NCBI GenBank assembly: GCA_951406725.2
Contig: OX597820.1
Coordinates: 2,728,001-2,792,000, forward strand
Length of the DNA stretch: 64,000 nucleotides
From: Octopus vulgaris
Taxonomy: Eukaryota
Direction: 5' to 3'
Part shown: positions 1 through 12,572 of the stretch, piece after piece
Numbering within the stretch: position 1 is the stretch's first letter
Layout of the letters: the number at the start of each line of letters is the position of its first letter
Notes under the pieces: model-generated
The model's database searches: none
What the model was told of the DNA's origin: nothing
The model's input: the letters and a program-made list of their open reading frames with translations, nothing else
Position numbers and translations under genes: made by a program

Positions 1-1226
1 TACACATATATATATATACACACATATACACATATATATATATACACACATATATACACACATATATATATACACACATATATACACACATATATATATA
101 TACACACATATACACACATATATACACACACATATATACACACACATATATACACATATATATATATACACACATATATACACATATATATATATACACA
201 CATATATACACATATATATATACACACATATATACACATATATATATATATACACACATATATACACATATATATATATATATACACACATATATATACA
301 CACATATATACACATATATATATATATACACACATATATACACATATATATATATATATACACACATATATACACATATATATACACATATATATATATA
401 TACACACATATATACACATATATATACACACATATATATATACACACATATATATATATATATATACATATATATATACACATATATACATATACATATA
501 TATATACACGTATATATATACACGTCTGCCAGCCTCGTCTGGCACCTGTGTCGGTGGCACATAAAATCACCCACTACACTCTCGGAGTGGTTGGCGTTAG
601 GAAGGGCATCCAGCTGTAGAAACACTGCCACATCTGACTGGCCTGGTGCAGCCTTCGGGCTTCCCAGACCCCAGTTGAACCGTCCAACCCATGCTAGCAT
701 GGAAAGCGGACGTTAAACGATGATGATGATGATGATGATGATACATATACACACACACATATATACACATATATATATACACACACACACACATATATAC
801 ACATATATATATATACACACACACACATATATACACATATATATACATACACACATATACATATACATACACACACACATATATATACATATACATACAC
901 ACACACATATATACATATACATACACACACACATATATATACATACACACACACACACACACATACATATACATACACACACACATATATACATATACAT
1001 ACACACACACACATATATACATATACATACACACACACACATATATACATATACATACACACACACATATATACATATACATACACACACACATATATAC
1101 ATATACATACACACACACATATATACATATACATACACACACACATATATACATATACATACACACACACATATATACATACACATACATACACACATAT
1201 ATATATACATACATATATATATATAT

Positions 1227-1275
<49 letters not shown>

Positions 1276-2034
1276 TATATATACACACACACACACATAT
1301 ATATACACACACACATATATATACACACACACATATGTACATATATATATATATACACACATATATATACATATATATACACATACATATACATACATAT
1401 ACATACATATACATATATATACACACATATACATACATATACATACATATACATATATATACACACATATATACATATATATACACACATATATACATAT
1501 ATATACACACATATATACATATATATACACACATATATACATATATATACACATATATACACACATATATACACATATATACACACATATATACATATAT
1601 ATACACACATATATACATACATATACACACATATACATACACACACACATATACATAAATATACACACACATATACATAAATATACACACACATATACAT
1701 ATATATACACACACACATACATATATATACACACACACATATACATATATATACACACACACATATACATATATATACACACACACATATATATACACAC
1801 ACACCTATACATATATATACACACACACCTATACATATATATACACACACACCTATACATATATATACACACACACCTATACATATATATACACACACAC
1901 ACCTATACATATATATACACACACACACCTATACATATATATACACACACACACACCTATACATATATATATACACACACACCTATACATATATATATAC
2001 ACACACACCTATACATATATATATATATATATAT

Positions 2035-2067
<33 letters not shown>

Positions 2068-2180
2068 CACACACATACATATATATATACAGATACATAC
2101 ATATATATATATACACATACATATATACACACACATACATATATATATACACATACATATATACACACACATACATATAT

Positions 2181-2225
<45 letters not shown>

Positions 2226-2464
2226 TATATATATATCATCATCATCGTTCAACATCCGTTTTTCAACCCGTGCTAGCGCGGAAAACGGACATTAAACGAT
2301 GATGATATACACACATATATATACATATATATATATACACACACACACATATATATATACACACACACACACATATATATACATATATATATACACACAC
2401 ATATATATACATATATATATACACACACATATATATATACATATATATATATATATACACACAC

Positions 2465-2497
<33 letters not shown>

Positions 2498-2560
2498 CAC
2501 ACACACACATACATATACACACACACATACATATACATACACAAACACACACACACACAC
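1..2560. repeat. Compound (TA)n/(CA)n/(TACA)n microsatellite array with embedded LINE tails
   Basis: Directly visible; it explains the YI/HT/CV pseudo-ORFs. Confidence 0.97.
525..741 (+). mobile_element. 5'-truncated 3' tail of an RTE-clade LINE ending in (GAT)n; many more copies in the window (e.g. ~6760-7005, 16190-16440, 22120-22450, 39478-39670(-), 42510-42780, 52517-52953)
   Basis: The same tail (ggaagggcatccagctgtagaaac...catgctagcatggaaagcggacgttaaacgatgatgat) is contiguous with RTE coding sequence at 44920-45855. Confidence 0.75.
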
Positions 2561-2892
2561 AGTATTTAATTTTAGAAATATAATTATAACTTTATAATTA
2601 CGCTTTATTCATTTGTTTCAGCCATTTGACTGCGGCCAAGCTGGAGCACCACCTTTAGTTGAACAAATTGATCCCAGGACTTATTCTTTGTAAGCCCAGT
2701 GCTTGTTGTCATGGCTACAAAGCAATTTTGCCTGTGTACATGTTGAGAAGAAACCCATACCCTCCCTTAAATGGTACAATTGCAAGGGTAGCAGAGACTA
2801 ACAACTCTACCACAGCATCTGAGAGAGTAAAAACAACAAAAACGAAATTCCCAACTAAAGTAGCCCTTTATCCACAACTGCAATTCCTTTAA

Positions 2893-3511
2893 CCCTTTCG
2901 TTACTGTATTTATTTTGAGATGCTCCATGGTCCTTCCAATTAATCTTTATATATAAAAGTGAGGTTGTGTGAGTGTCTGTCTCCTACGATTTAGATTCCT
3001 AACTACTCCCACATTTTGCGGTGCAGTTTAACCAAAACCGGGTATCTTATAGTCGTGATTCATTTCGAGCCCTTCTGGGTATTAGTGTGCGTCCACGATG
3101 AGTCTACGATTTAAAAAAAAATTTACCATCATTTTTTCCATTTTAATGCATTTTTTTCGCTATTATATAAGGGAAGTAACTCTCTAAAAATGTCTACAAT
3201 GAGTCATCGATTTAAAAAAAATTTACCATCATTTTTTCCCCATTTTTAATGCATTTTTTGTTATTTTTTGGCTATAACTCTAAAAATGCTTATATAGTTA
3301 TTTCCCTTACAAACCCAAGCAACGCCGGGCGATACTGCTAGTTTTAAATATAACAAAGAATTTAGTAAAATAACTCAGTTATAATTAAGCTAGTGTTAGG
3401 AACATAAATTGTGACTAAGGTTTGGTGGAAGATTCTAATTCAGAACTTATGAAAACAAGACATTTGTACTCAGAGCCAGAGGTGGTTTCAACCCGGTTAG
3501 TAACGAAAGGG
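2893..3511. mobile_element. piggyBac-type MITE interrupted by a Helitron
   Basis: TTAA-CCCTTTCGTTAC ... GTAACGAAAGGG-TTAA termini. An uninterrupted inverted copy lies at ~39884-40092. Confidence 0.85.
2944..3341 (+). mobile_element. Non-autonomous Helitron
   Basis: Starts TC, ends CTAG, has a subterminal hairpin (cccaagcaacgccggg), and is inserted at A|T without a TSD. It carries an internal ~50-bp duplication. Confidence 0.8.
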
Positions 3512-3785
3512 TTAAAGTTTGCCATCCACAAAGAAAAAGATCCCTTCTTACAATACACAGCCTGCAAGCCTTCCTGCCTTCATCTAGCAACCAGATTTTC
3601 TGGTCCCTTACCTTAAGGATCAACATACCTACCGATCCTTAACTAGGATGGCGCTGAAAGTATTACATCAGCAAAGAAACATTCCAGGTTTATTGCCCAA
3701 TTTTTAACCCACTCCTACAACACATAGTAGTAGTAGTAGTAGTACTACTTTCTTCTTCACTCTCATCATCATGATAACTATTATT

Positions 3786-4234
3786 TACAGTTCTATATTT
3801 AAGGGATGAGGAATTATTTACATTATTTACGTTCAACAGATATTTGTCCTCATCTTGTTTGTTGTGGACACAACATTTTGGCTGATGTACCCTCCAGGAT
3901 TCATCAGGTGTCTTGGGGAAATTTCGAACCTGGGTTCTCATTCTTATGGTATTTTTCGATATTATCATTATTATTATTATTATTCACTCCATAATTGCCC
4001 ATGGCCATATGGCATAGTGGTTAAGAGCACGGGCTACTAACCCCAGGATTCCGAGTTTGATTCCAGGTAGTGACCTGAACAATAATAATAATAACATCGA
4101 AAAATACCTTAGGAATGAGAACCCAGGTTCGAAATTTTCCCAAGACACCTGATGAAGGATGGAGGGTATATCAGCTGAAACATGTTAACAACAAACGAGA
4201 TGAGGACAAATATCCGTTAAATGTAAATAATGTA
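3786..4234 (+). mobile_element. tRNA-headed element with inverted arms carrying hammerhead-ribozyme motifs
   Basis: A-box and B-box head at ~4003-4076. Arms ~3817-3986 and ~4076-4234 are reverse complements, with CTGATGA at 4149-4155 (+) and 3901-3907 (-). A second head+arm copy lies at 10358-10516 (-). Confidence 0.7.
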
Positions 4235-7200
4235 CTATTATTTAATGGCCATGTTTCATGCTAACATGGGTTGCATGGTTGACAGACTCAGACGAGCCCT
4301 AAAATGTGCCCCATGCTCCATTTGTCTGCTCTGGTATGGTCTCTATGACTGGATACTCTTCCTAACACCAACCACTTTATAATGTGTATTGGGTGGGGGG
4401 TTTTTTCATGCCACTGGCAGTAGTGAAGCTGCCATGGTGTTTGCATGGCTATAAACTTCAAGTGGGGAAGGGAAACTTTATGGCTGGGGGAAGAGTGAGG
4501 TATGAGAGAAAGTTTGCTTTTTCTAATCAGTCAATTTCAACACCATAATTCACAAACATATCAAGTACTGGTCACTTTAAATCAACAAGGATAGGATGTT
4601 AGTCCAACCAATGTCCCTGTTAATGCTTAACACAGACCTGCGCAGAATTTTGGATTAGAATGGCCACATAAGTTGGATTTTCTGTTTTGACAGGGATTTT
4701 TCCAACTTCTTTTTCCACTATGGCCTTTGAAATAGACATCTTTTCATGAAAATCTTTTTGAAAATTTATGATTTTTTAAAAATCTCACCCCCATCTTCTA
4801 CCTGACCAGACTGATTTTAGTTAATTTTTTTGCCCTATGCACTTACAAAACCTCGAGGCCTTTTCAGTAGGAAAAAAAAAAGTAAATATTTTCAGACAAG
4901 AAAGGCATGAAATTTAAAGGTTTGTCTTATTTCTAGCACATCTCACAACCACATTGCCTCGTTTTTTTGTCGCTCTCAAATGTGTATGTATACATAGACT
5001 TTCACAGTTTCCACCTACCAAATTCACTCACAAGGCATTGGTTGGCCCAGGGCTACAGAAGACACTTGCCCAAAATGCTATCACTCAGTGGGCCTGAATC
5101 TGAGACTACATGGTTGCAAGGAGAGCTTCTTAACCAAGCAGCCATGCCTGTGCCTACAGTGAATATGAAGGTGTGTGCGTGTATGTGTGAGAGAGAGAGA
5201 GAGAGAGAGAAAGGGACAGAAGAGCTTGTAATAGCAGAAATATAGAATGTATTTAATAAATAATTAAAAACTGGAAAGCATAATGATGATTCAGCAGGGC
5301 CCAAAGCGCTTAATCCCTTAAGCTCTATTCACAAAATATCATGTGACAACTGGTGCAAAGAAAAGAAAAATGCTTGCCAACAGACAGCCTAATTTTGGGA
5401 TTGTACTTGATATAAAAACATTATTTTATCAGATCATACATTTAGTTGCCATGGAAACCTCTAATGACCGTTACAGTTATCAGCAACTTATAACACAATT
5501 TCTTGTAAATTATATAAATTAAGTGATAGTCCTCTCCTCACATTTCTTTTAGTTGAAAAGAATATAAGGGAAATTTTCATATAGGGGTAGGGGTGGCTGC
5601 GTGGTGAGAAGCATGCTCCCCAGCCACATGGTTCCAGGTTCAGTCCCACTGTGTGGCACCTTTGGCAAGTGTCTTCTGCTATAGCCAAAGCCTTGTGAAT
5701 GGATTTGGTAGACGGAAACTGAATGAAGCCCATCGTGTGTTTGTGTGTGTGTGTATATATATATACACGTGTGTGTTTGTCCCTTGACAACCAATGTTGG
5801 TGTGCTTACGTTCCTGTAACTTAGTGATTTGGCAAAAGAGACCGATAAAATAAGTACTAAGCTTATAAAGAATAAGTCCTGGGATCAATTTGTTCGACTA
5901 AAGGTGGTGCTCCAGCATGGGCACAGTCAAATGACTGAAAGAAGTAAAAGAATATTTTTCTTCTATAATCAAGATCTCGATTCCTTGTCTGTTAATTTAA
6001 TTTATTCTTTTGTTCTTTTATTTGTCTCAGTCATCTGACTGCAGCCATGCTGGAGCACCACCTTTGGTAAAGTAAATCGACACCAGGACTTATTCTTTGT
6101 AATCCTAGTACTTATTCTATTGTTCTCTTTTGCCGAACCACTAAGTTATGGGGATGTAAACACACCAACATTGGTTGTCGAGTGATGGTGGGGGGAAAGA
6201 GACACACACACAATGGGCTTCTTTCAGTTTCCATCTATCAAATCCACTCACAAGGCTTTGGTTGGCCTGAGTCTATAGTAGAAGACACTTGCCCAAGGTG
6301 CCATGCAGTGGGTCTGAACCCAGAACCATGTGGTTGGGAAGCAAGCTACTTACCTACTCACTTTTTGCTGCATTTCACTAGTTTTTGCAGTATGTTTTAC
6401 TAAAAATTTCATACAGCATGTGTGTGTGTGTGTGTGTGTGTGTGTATTAGGGTATATATATTAGGTGCAAGTATGGACGTGTGGTTAAGAAGCTTGCTTT
6501 ACAACCACATGGTTTTAGGTTCAGTCCCACTGCACAGTACCTTAGGCAAGTGTCTTCTACTACAGCTCCAAGCCTATCAGTGCCTTATCAGTGAATTTGG
6601 TAGATGTAAACTGTGTGGTGTGTGTGTGCTTGTCACCTACCTATGGCTTGACAACCCTTGCTGGTTTGTTTGCATTTCCATATCTTAGAGGTTCAGCAAT
6701 GGAACATGATAGAATAAGTACCAGACTTCAAAAACAATTATATAAATCGCCTGACCCCCATGCTGGTGATACGTAAAAAGCACCATCCGATCGTGGCTGT
6801 TTGCCAGCCTCATCTGGCATCTGTGCTGGTGGCACGTAAAAAGCACCCACTACACTCACGGAGTGGTTGGCGTTAGGAAGGGCATCTAGCCGTAGAAACA
6901 TTGCCATATCGGATTAGAGCCTGGTGCAGCCTTCTGGCTTCTCAGACCCCAGTTGAACCGTCCAACCCATGCTAGCATGGAAAGCGGACGCTAAACGATG
7001 ATGACGAAAAAAAAAAACGGTACTCTGAATTGTTTGACTAAGCCCTCTTCAAGGCAGTGTCCTGCCACGAACCACAGTCTAAGGAGTGAAATGAAGAGAT
7101 AAAAGATAATATTCCCAAGAAGAAAAATTTACTTTTACACTTTGTATTTCATATTTTGCACGAGGAAAGGCATCTAGTCGTAGAAACCATGCCAAATCAG

Positions 7201-7597
7201 ATTGGGGCCTGGTGCAGCTCCGCAACCCAGATCAAACCATCCAACCAATGCCATGGACAACCAATGCTAAATTATGATGATGAACATCAGAAATTGATAA
7301 AAGTGAAGCAGTGAGAAATATTTCTGCATCAGGTGTGTTTATTTGCAAATGTCTTAAAAAGCTGGTTTATCAATTGGGTTTTATGAGTTGCAAAGGGAAA
7401 CAAGCGACAGGATTAGAAGAGTTAAAGAACCTAAAACGATTAAAAACAAAACACGAGAGAAACTAAGAATTGTTTTGATGGCTGTACTGGTCCCTCCAGC
7501 ATGGCCACAATTCAGGGGCTGGAATTGGTAAAAGAACGTTTGTATGAGTGATAAGATTTGGAGTTACAAGTTAGAGAAACAGTTCAGAAGTACTTGC

Positions 7598-7708
7598 ATT
7601 GATATCGGCTCCTTTAGTAACTAAGTATTTCATGATCTCTATTTGTCCGTAGTCGGCAGCATAATGGATGGGGCATCGGCCTGAAATTTCTTCATTTACA
7701 TCTGGATT
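7598..7708 (-). CDS. MTPN: Myotrophin coding exon 2 (not in ORF track)
   Basis: Acceptor ttctttcattttctAG, then 111 nt encoding [37 protein letters not shown] (ankyrin repeat; human has [28 protein letters not shown]). It is in frame with exon 1 and followed by GCAAGT. No exon 3 found in 1-7597. Confidence 0.92.
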
Positions 7709-10700
7709 CTAGAAAATGAAAGAAAAATAAGAATTAAAAAAATAATAAAACTACACATCAGACAACACGAAAGAGGTGAATTTGGTCGGCTGACATTTAG
7801 TACAATTGGTGTTTCACACTTAGGTATAAAACGTGTGTGTGTGTGTCTGTGTGCAGTTATGTGAGTCAGAGAAAAGAGAGGGAGAGGTGGAGGAAGATGA
7901 GGGGAGAAGGAGGGGAGTCAGTGAAACGTATAGTGGAGGGGGGAGGTGTGCTTAGGAGAGGGAGGTAAGATTTAAAGAGAAGCACAAGTCAGAGTTAGGT
8001 TACTGGTGCTTGTAAATTGTGTAAATAAGATTTGAAAAGATCGGAGGAAGATAGTTGGTTGGTGGCTTTGCAAATGGAAGTACATAGCATTAATAAAAAT
8101 ATAAAGAAAATGAAAAGAAAGTCGCTGTTCTAAGGTAAAGAATGTAAATACCTGAGCCAGCCTGTTCCATTTGTAATAGCTGTAGCAGAGGCTGACAGGC
8201 AGCCATGCAGCCGGGACTGGAAGAAAGCTTTCACCGAAATAGCTTTTAAGTAATTTTAACATTAATGGAGTTTGTCTCAGGGGTTCAAATATTTAGAGAA
8301 GAAGCAGCAGAAAGAAAGACCATTGTTACGAAAGCTGAAGGACATACAAAAGTGTGTGTATTATATATACATACACACACACACACACACACACATATAT
8401 ATGTATGTATGTACGTATGTATGTATGTACGTATGTATGATGTATACACACACTTTATTCTTTTACTTGTTTCAGTCATTTGACTGTGGCCATGCTGGAA
8501 CACTGCCTTTAGTTGAGCAAATCGACCTCACGACTTATTCTTTGTAAGCCTATTCTATTGGCCTCTTTTGCCAAACTGCTAAGTTATGGGGATGTAAACA
8601 CACCAGCATGGGTTGTCAAATGATGTTTGGGGGGGGGGGCAATAAAAACACAGACACATACATACACATGTATATACATATATACGACGGGCTTCTTTCA
8701 GTTTCCGCCTACCAAATCCACTCACAAGGCTTTGGTCGGCCCGAGGCTATAGTAGAAGACACTTGCCCAAGGTGCCACAAAGTGGGACTGAACCTGAAGT
8801 ATGTGGTTGGTAAGCAAGCTACTTACCACACAGCCACTCCAGTGCCTATGTTGTGTCAAGGGACCACAAAGAATTTCGCAAACCAAATACAAAAATGAAA
8901 TATGTACAAAAGAGAAAAAGGAGAATTTTGGATAATTCTGTATTGACACTTTCGCCCAGTTCACGGAGACTCTTCAGATGTCAGAAGAGTCTGCATGAAT
9001 GGGACAAAAGTGCTGATCAAGAATTACCCAAAATTCTGTCTACCTATTTTTTCTCAAATAAAATCTGTACACCACTCCAAACGATCTACACACACACAGA
9101 CAGATATACTCTGCATTTATTCATGCATAAGTTATGCTGTTTTGTATTTGATTTTAGCTGAAATAACCAGGGTGTGACTCATACATGAGGTAAAGCTTAT
9201 ATCAAGCTTCAATATGAAGGGAATAAATTTGGAACCAAGAATTAGCACCGAATTAAGGGTGCAACTTGTACATGAATAAACACAACACATGTGAACAATC
9301 TGACAACCAAACTGAAAAAAAAAAAGGGGGGGGAGAAAGAAAACTACTTGAAAAGCACATTCGTTTCAGAACAGTGGCCCTCGTCATAGTTTAATAAAAA
9401 CTAAGCAATGTAACAAACATTGTGTGATGTAAGCCACACCATACACATTGCAAGCTAACAATAGAGCCTTTCTGTGCAGTTGCTGGACTTCAAGAGATAA
9501 CACCCACTCCTTCCACTCTACCCCAATTAATCTCGACAATCTATAGAAGTGCAGACATGGGTGTGCCGTAAGTTTGCTTTCCAACCATGTGGCTCTGGGT
9601 TCGGTCCCACTGTGTGGCACCTTGGGCAAGTGTCTTCTACCATAGCTTTCGGACAACCAAAGCTGTGCTAGTGGATTTGGTAGACTGAAAGCAAAGGAAA
9701 CCCGTCGCATATGTGTGTGTCTGTGTGTTTGTCCCCCACCATCGCTTGGCAACCAATGTTAGTGTGTTTACATCCCCATAACTTAGTGGTTTGGCAAAAG
9801 AGACCGACAGGATAAGTACTAGCCTTACAAAGAATAAGTCGTGGGGTCAGTTTGTTCAACTAAAGGCAGTGCTCCAGTGTGGCCACAGTCAAATAACTGA
9901 AACCAATAAAATATTAAAAGAATTTCCTCCGACTCTGAAGCCACATTTTTTCTCAATTGTTTTTGTGAGTCTTTAGTTCCATTTTCATCTCGGCAAGACA
10001 TTCCGACCATGGCTATTCCTTTCTTTTTTGTTTTGTACATCAGGACTAAATCGTCCAATGTGTCCCTCTTTTACTTGTTTCACTCTGTGGCCATGCTGGA
10101 GCACTGCCTCAAAGAATTTTTAGTCAAATGAATTGACCCCAGGACTTAGTTTTTACTTAAAAGCTTGGTACTTATTCTATTGGTGTCTTTTGCTGAACCG
10201 CTAAGTTATGGGAACGTAAACACACCAACATTGGTTGTCAAGCAATGGTGGGGGACAAACACAGACGCACAAGGCTATAGTAGAAAACACTTGCCCAAGG
10301 TGTCATGCAGTGGGATTGAACCTAGAACCATGTGGTTGGTAAGCACTCCAAACACTTCCTTCACCAGGTGTCATGGGAAAATTTTGAATCTGGGTTCTTA
10401 TTCCTAAGATATTTTTTGATATTATTATTACAATTATTCAGGTCACTGCCTGGAATCGAACTCAAAATCTTGGGGTTAGTAGCCCATGCTCTTAACCGCT
10501 ACGCCATATGCCTGGGTTCTTCTTTAGTTTTATTATTTTCCTCTGAGGCACCTTTATAGCTATGGAGATCAACTTTATTTATTTGATGTCTTTGGTTTCA
10601 AATATGGAATGAGGGAAAGGAAAAACAAAAATTGCGCATGGGTGTGCGGTAAGGAGTTTGATTCTCGACCACATGGTTCTGAGTTCAGTCCCACTACACC

Positions 10701-11680
10701 TTGGGCATTTGTCTTCTACTGTAGCCTCAGGCTGACCAATGCTTTGCAAGTGGATCTGGTAGATGAAAACTGAACGAAGCCCGTTGTGTGTATGTGTGTG
10801 TGTGGGAGAGGTAAACCCAGGAAGATATAGGATGAAGTACTGAAAGATGACCTCAGGACAACCTTACAGAGGAGATGACAAAAGACCAAGGTAACCGTTG
10901 CCTTGCTGTACTCTAGAAGGCCTGTCCTCTAATGCCACTCGCTGATACTCCTGAAGAGGTTTGGCCAGCAGGAGCCCTGCACTGGCACCACGTAAAAGGC
11001 ACCCAGCACACCCTGTAAAGTGGTTGGCATTAAGAAGGTACCCAGTCACGGAGACCATGCCGAACCAGGCTGGAACCTGGTGCAGCCCTCTTGCTTCCCA
11101 GCTCTGAGTCAAATCACGCAACTCATGTCAGCACAAGAAAGGATGATGATGATGATGATGATGATCTGTGTGTGTGTATTAGTTTCTGTGTTTGTCCTCC
11201 AGCACACCACTTGGCAACCAGTGTTGGTGTGTTTATGTCCCCATAACTTAGCGGTTCAGCAAAAGAGGCTGATAGAATAAGGATCGAGTTTAAAAAAAAA
11301 AAAAAGAAGACGAATAGGGATCGACTCATTTGACTGAAAGATTCAAAGTGGTGCCCCAGCATGGCCACAGTCTAATGACTGAAAGCATGCAAAAGGTTTA
11401 ATGTTTTACAAAGCATTAGTAAGATGCTGTAGCAGTCAGTCATAGAAGTAACGGGGGGGGGGACAAAAATATGCAACCCCCACAATAAAAAATAAATAAA
11501 AAATCGGGGGGGGGGGGGTACTGAAGGAATATTAAGATAGAAGCCAGCAAAGTGGAGGGGGGGGGTAGAGAAAAAGTCAGTTGAATGGGGGAGGAAGCTA
11601 GAGAGAGAGAGAGAGAGAGAGAGATGAGGTTGGAGGTACAGAGAATCTGGTGAATTGTCCAATCAGCATCCTTACACTAC

Positions 11681-11716
<36 letters not shown>

Positions 11717-12301
11717 TAGATAGATAGATAGATATATGTATATATGTATGTGTGTGTGTGTGTGTGTACAAATTCCTTCCAGGTAAGGAAAGCTAACATG
11801 TACACAAAGATATTAACCTAAATAGATTAATACAGCAGCAGAGATTAAAATCTGCTTTTGTTATTTTCTCTTTTCCTTTCTTTTCAAAGAAAAAAAAGAA
11901 AGAAAAAAAAGATTACTCAGTGAAAAGTGAGCTGAAAAGAGGATTAAAAACATTGTCGGAAGGTGATGGTGACAATTTCCTTATTTGCTTTCAGTGCATT
12001 GAAAAATTACAAAAGACTACAAAACAAAACAAAGAAACAAAACCGTCCCCTAAAAACAGAGAGCATTCAGGAGAGAAACAAAATAAAGAAAATGGAGGGG
12101 GTAACATTTTTACATTAGGGGGCAGTGTAAGTGATGGAGGTTTAGACTGCAATATTTCTCTCTTCTTTCTCCATGGCTGCTGTGTTAAGACCATGCTGCA
12201 GCTCCTGGTAGTCAATAAAATTGAAATCTGCAGACGAAGTAAGGTGTGTCTTTGCAAACAAAAACTACATACATACATATATATAAAATGCATACACACA
12301 C

Positions 12302-12443
12302 ATCGTATTTTAATGTGTATAACGAACCCTTTTTTGTCAAAAATTAGGTTAAAAAAATATGGGAGGTTCTTATATATGGATAGTATAAGAATCCCTTACA
12401 AAACCTTTTTTCCCAAATTTTAAGCCACGCGTTAAAATACAGT
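12302..12443. mobile_element. Small Tc1/mariner-pogo-type MITE (degenerate)
   Basis: Imperfect terminal inverted repeats cgtattttaatgtgt ... acgcgttaaaatacagta. Confidence 0.45.
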
Positions 12444-12500
12444 ATATATTCCTTTATGCGTTCCAGCCCAAAAGCTATGATGCCCCAGCAAAAGTTGGAC

Positions 12501-12572
12501 TGCTGTGACCAGGATTTGAACCTGGGTTACCACAGCTACAACATGGGGTGCTGGCCACCAGACAATCTCAGC
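12501..12572 (-). pseudogene. tRNA-His-derived pseudogene in MTPN intron 1
   Basis: GCTGAGATTGTCTGGTGGCCAGCACCCCATGTTGTAGCTGTGGTAACCCAGGTTCAAATCCTGGTCACAGCA (72 nt) is collinear with invertebrate tRNA-His(GUG). The anticodon now reads GTA, the CpGs have decayed, and a TTTT run follows. Confidence 0.8.

Noticed and set aside
597-2583. Long ORFs of 300-440 aa rich in C/V/Y/I/M or H/T/Y/I (also at 49382-50416 and 62591-63742)
   Set aside because: They are translations of TA/CA/TATG microsatellites that lack stop codons.
8152-8262. ATG-initiated frame ending at a phase-0 donor (CAG|GTATTT) upstream of MTPN exon 2
   Set aside because: The donor is weak, and there is no homology or promoter evidence.
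12140-12229. Possible minus-strand terminal exon FNFIDYQELQHGLNTAAMEKEERNIAV*
   Set aside because: Its phase is incompatible with MTPN exon 1, the acceptor is modest, and there is no recognisable homology.
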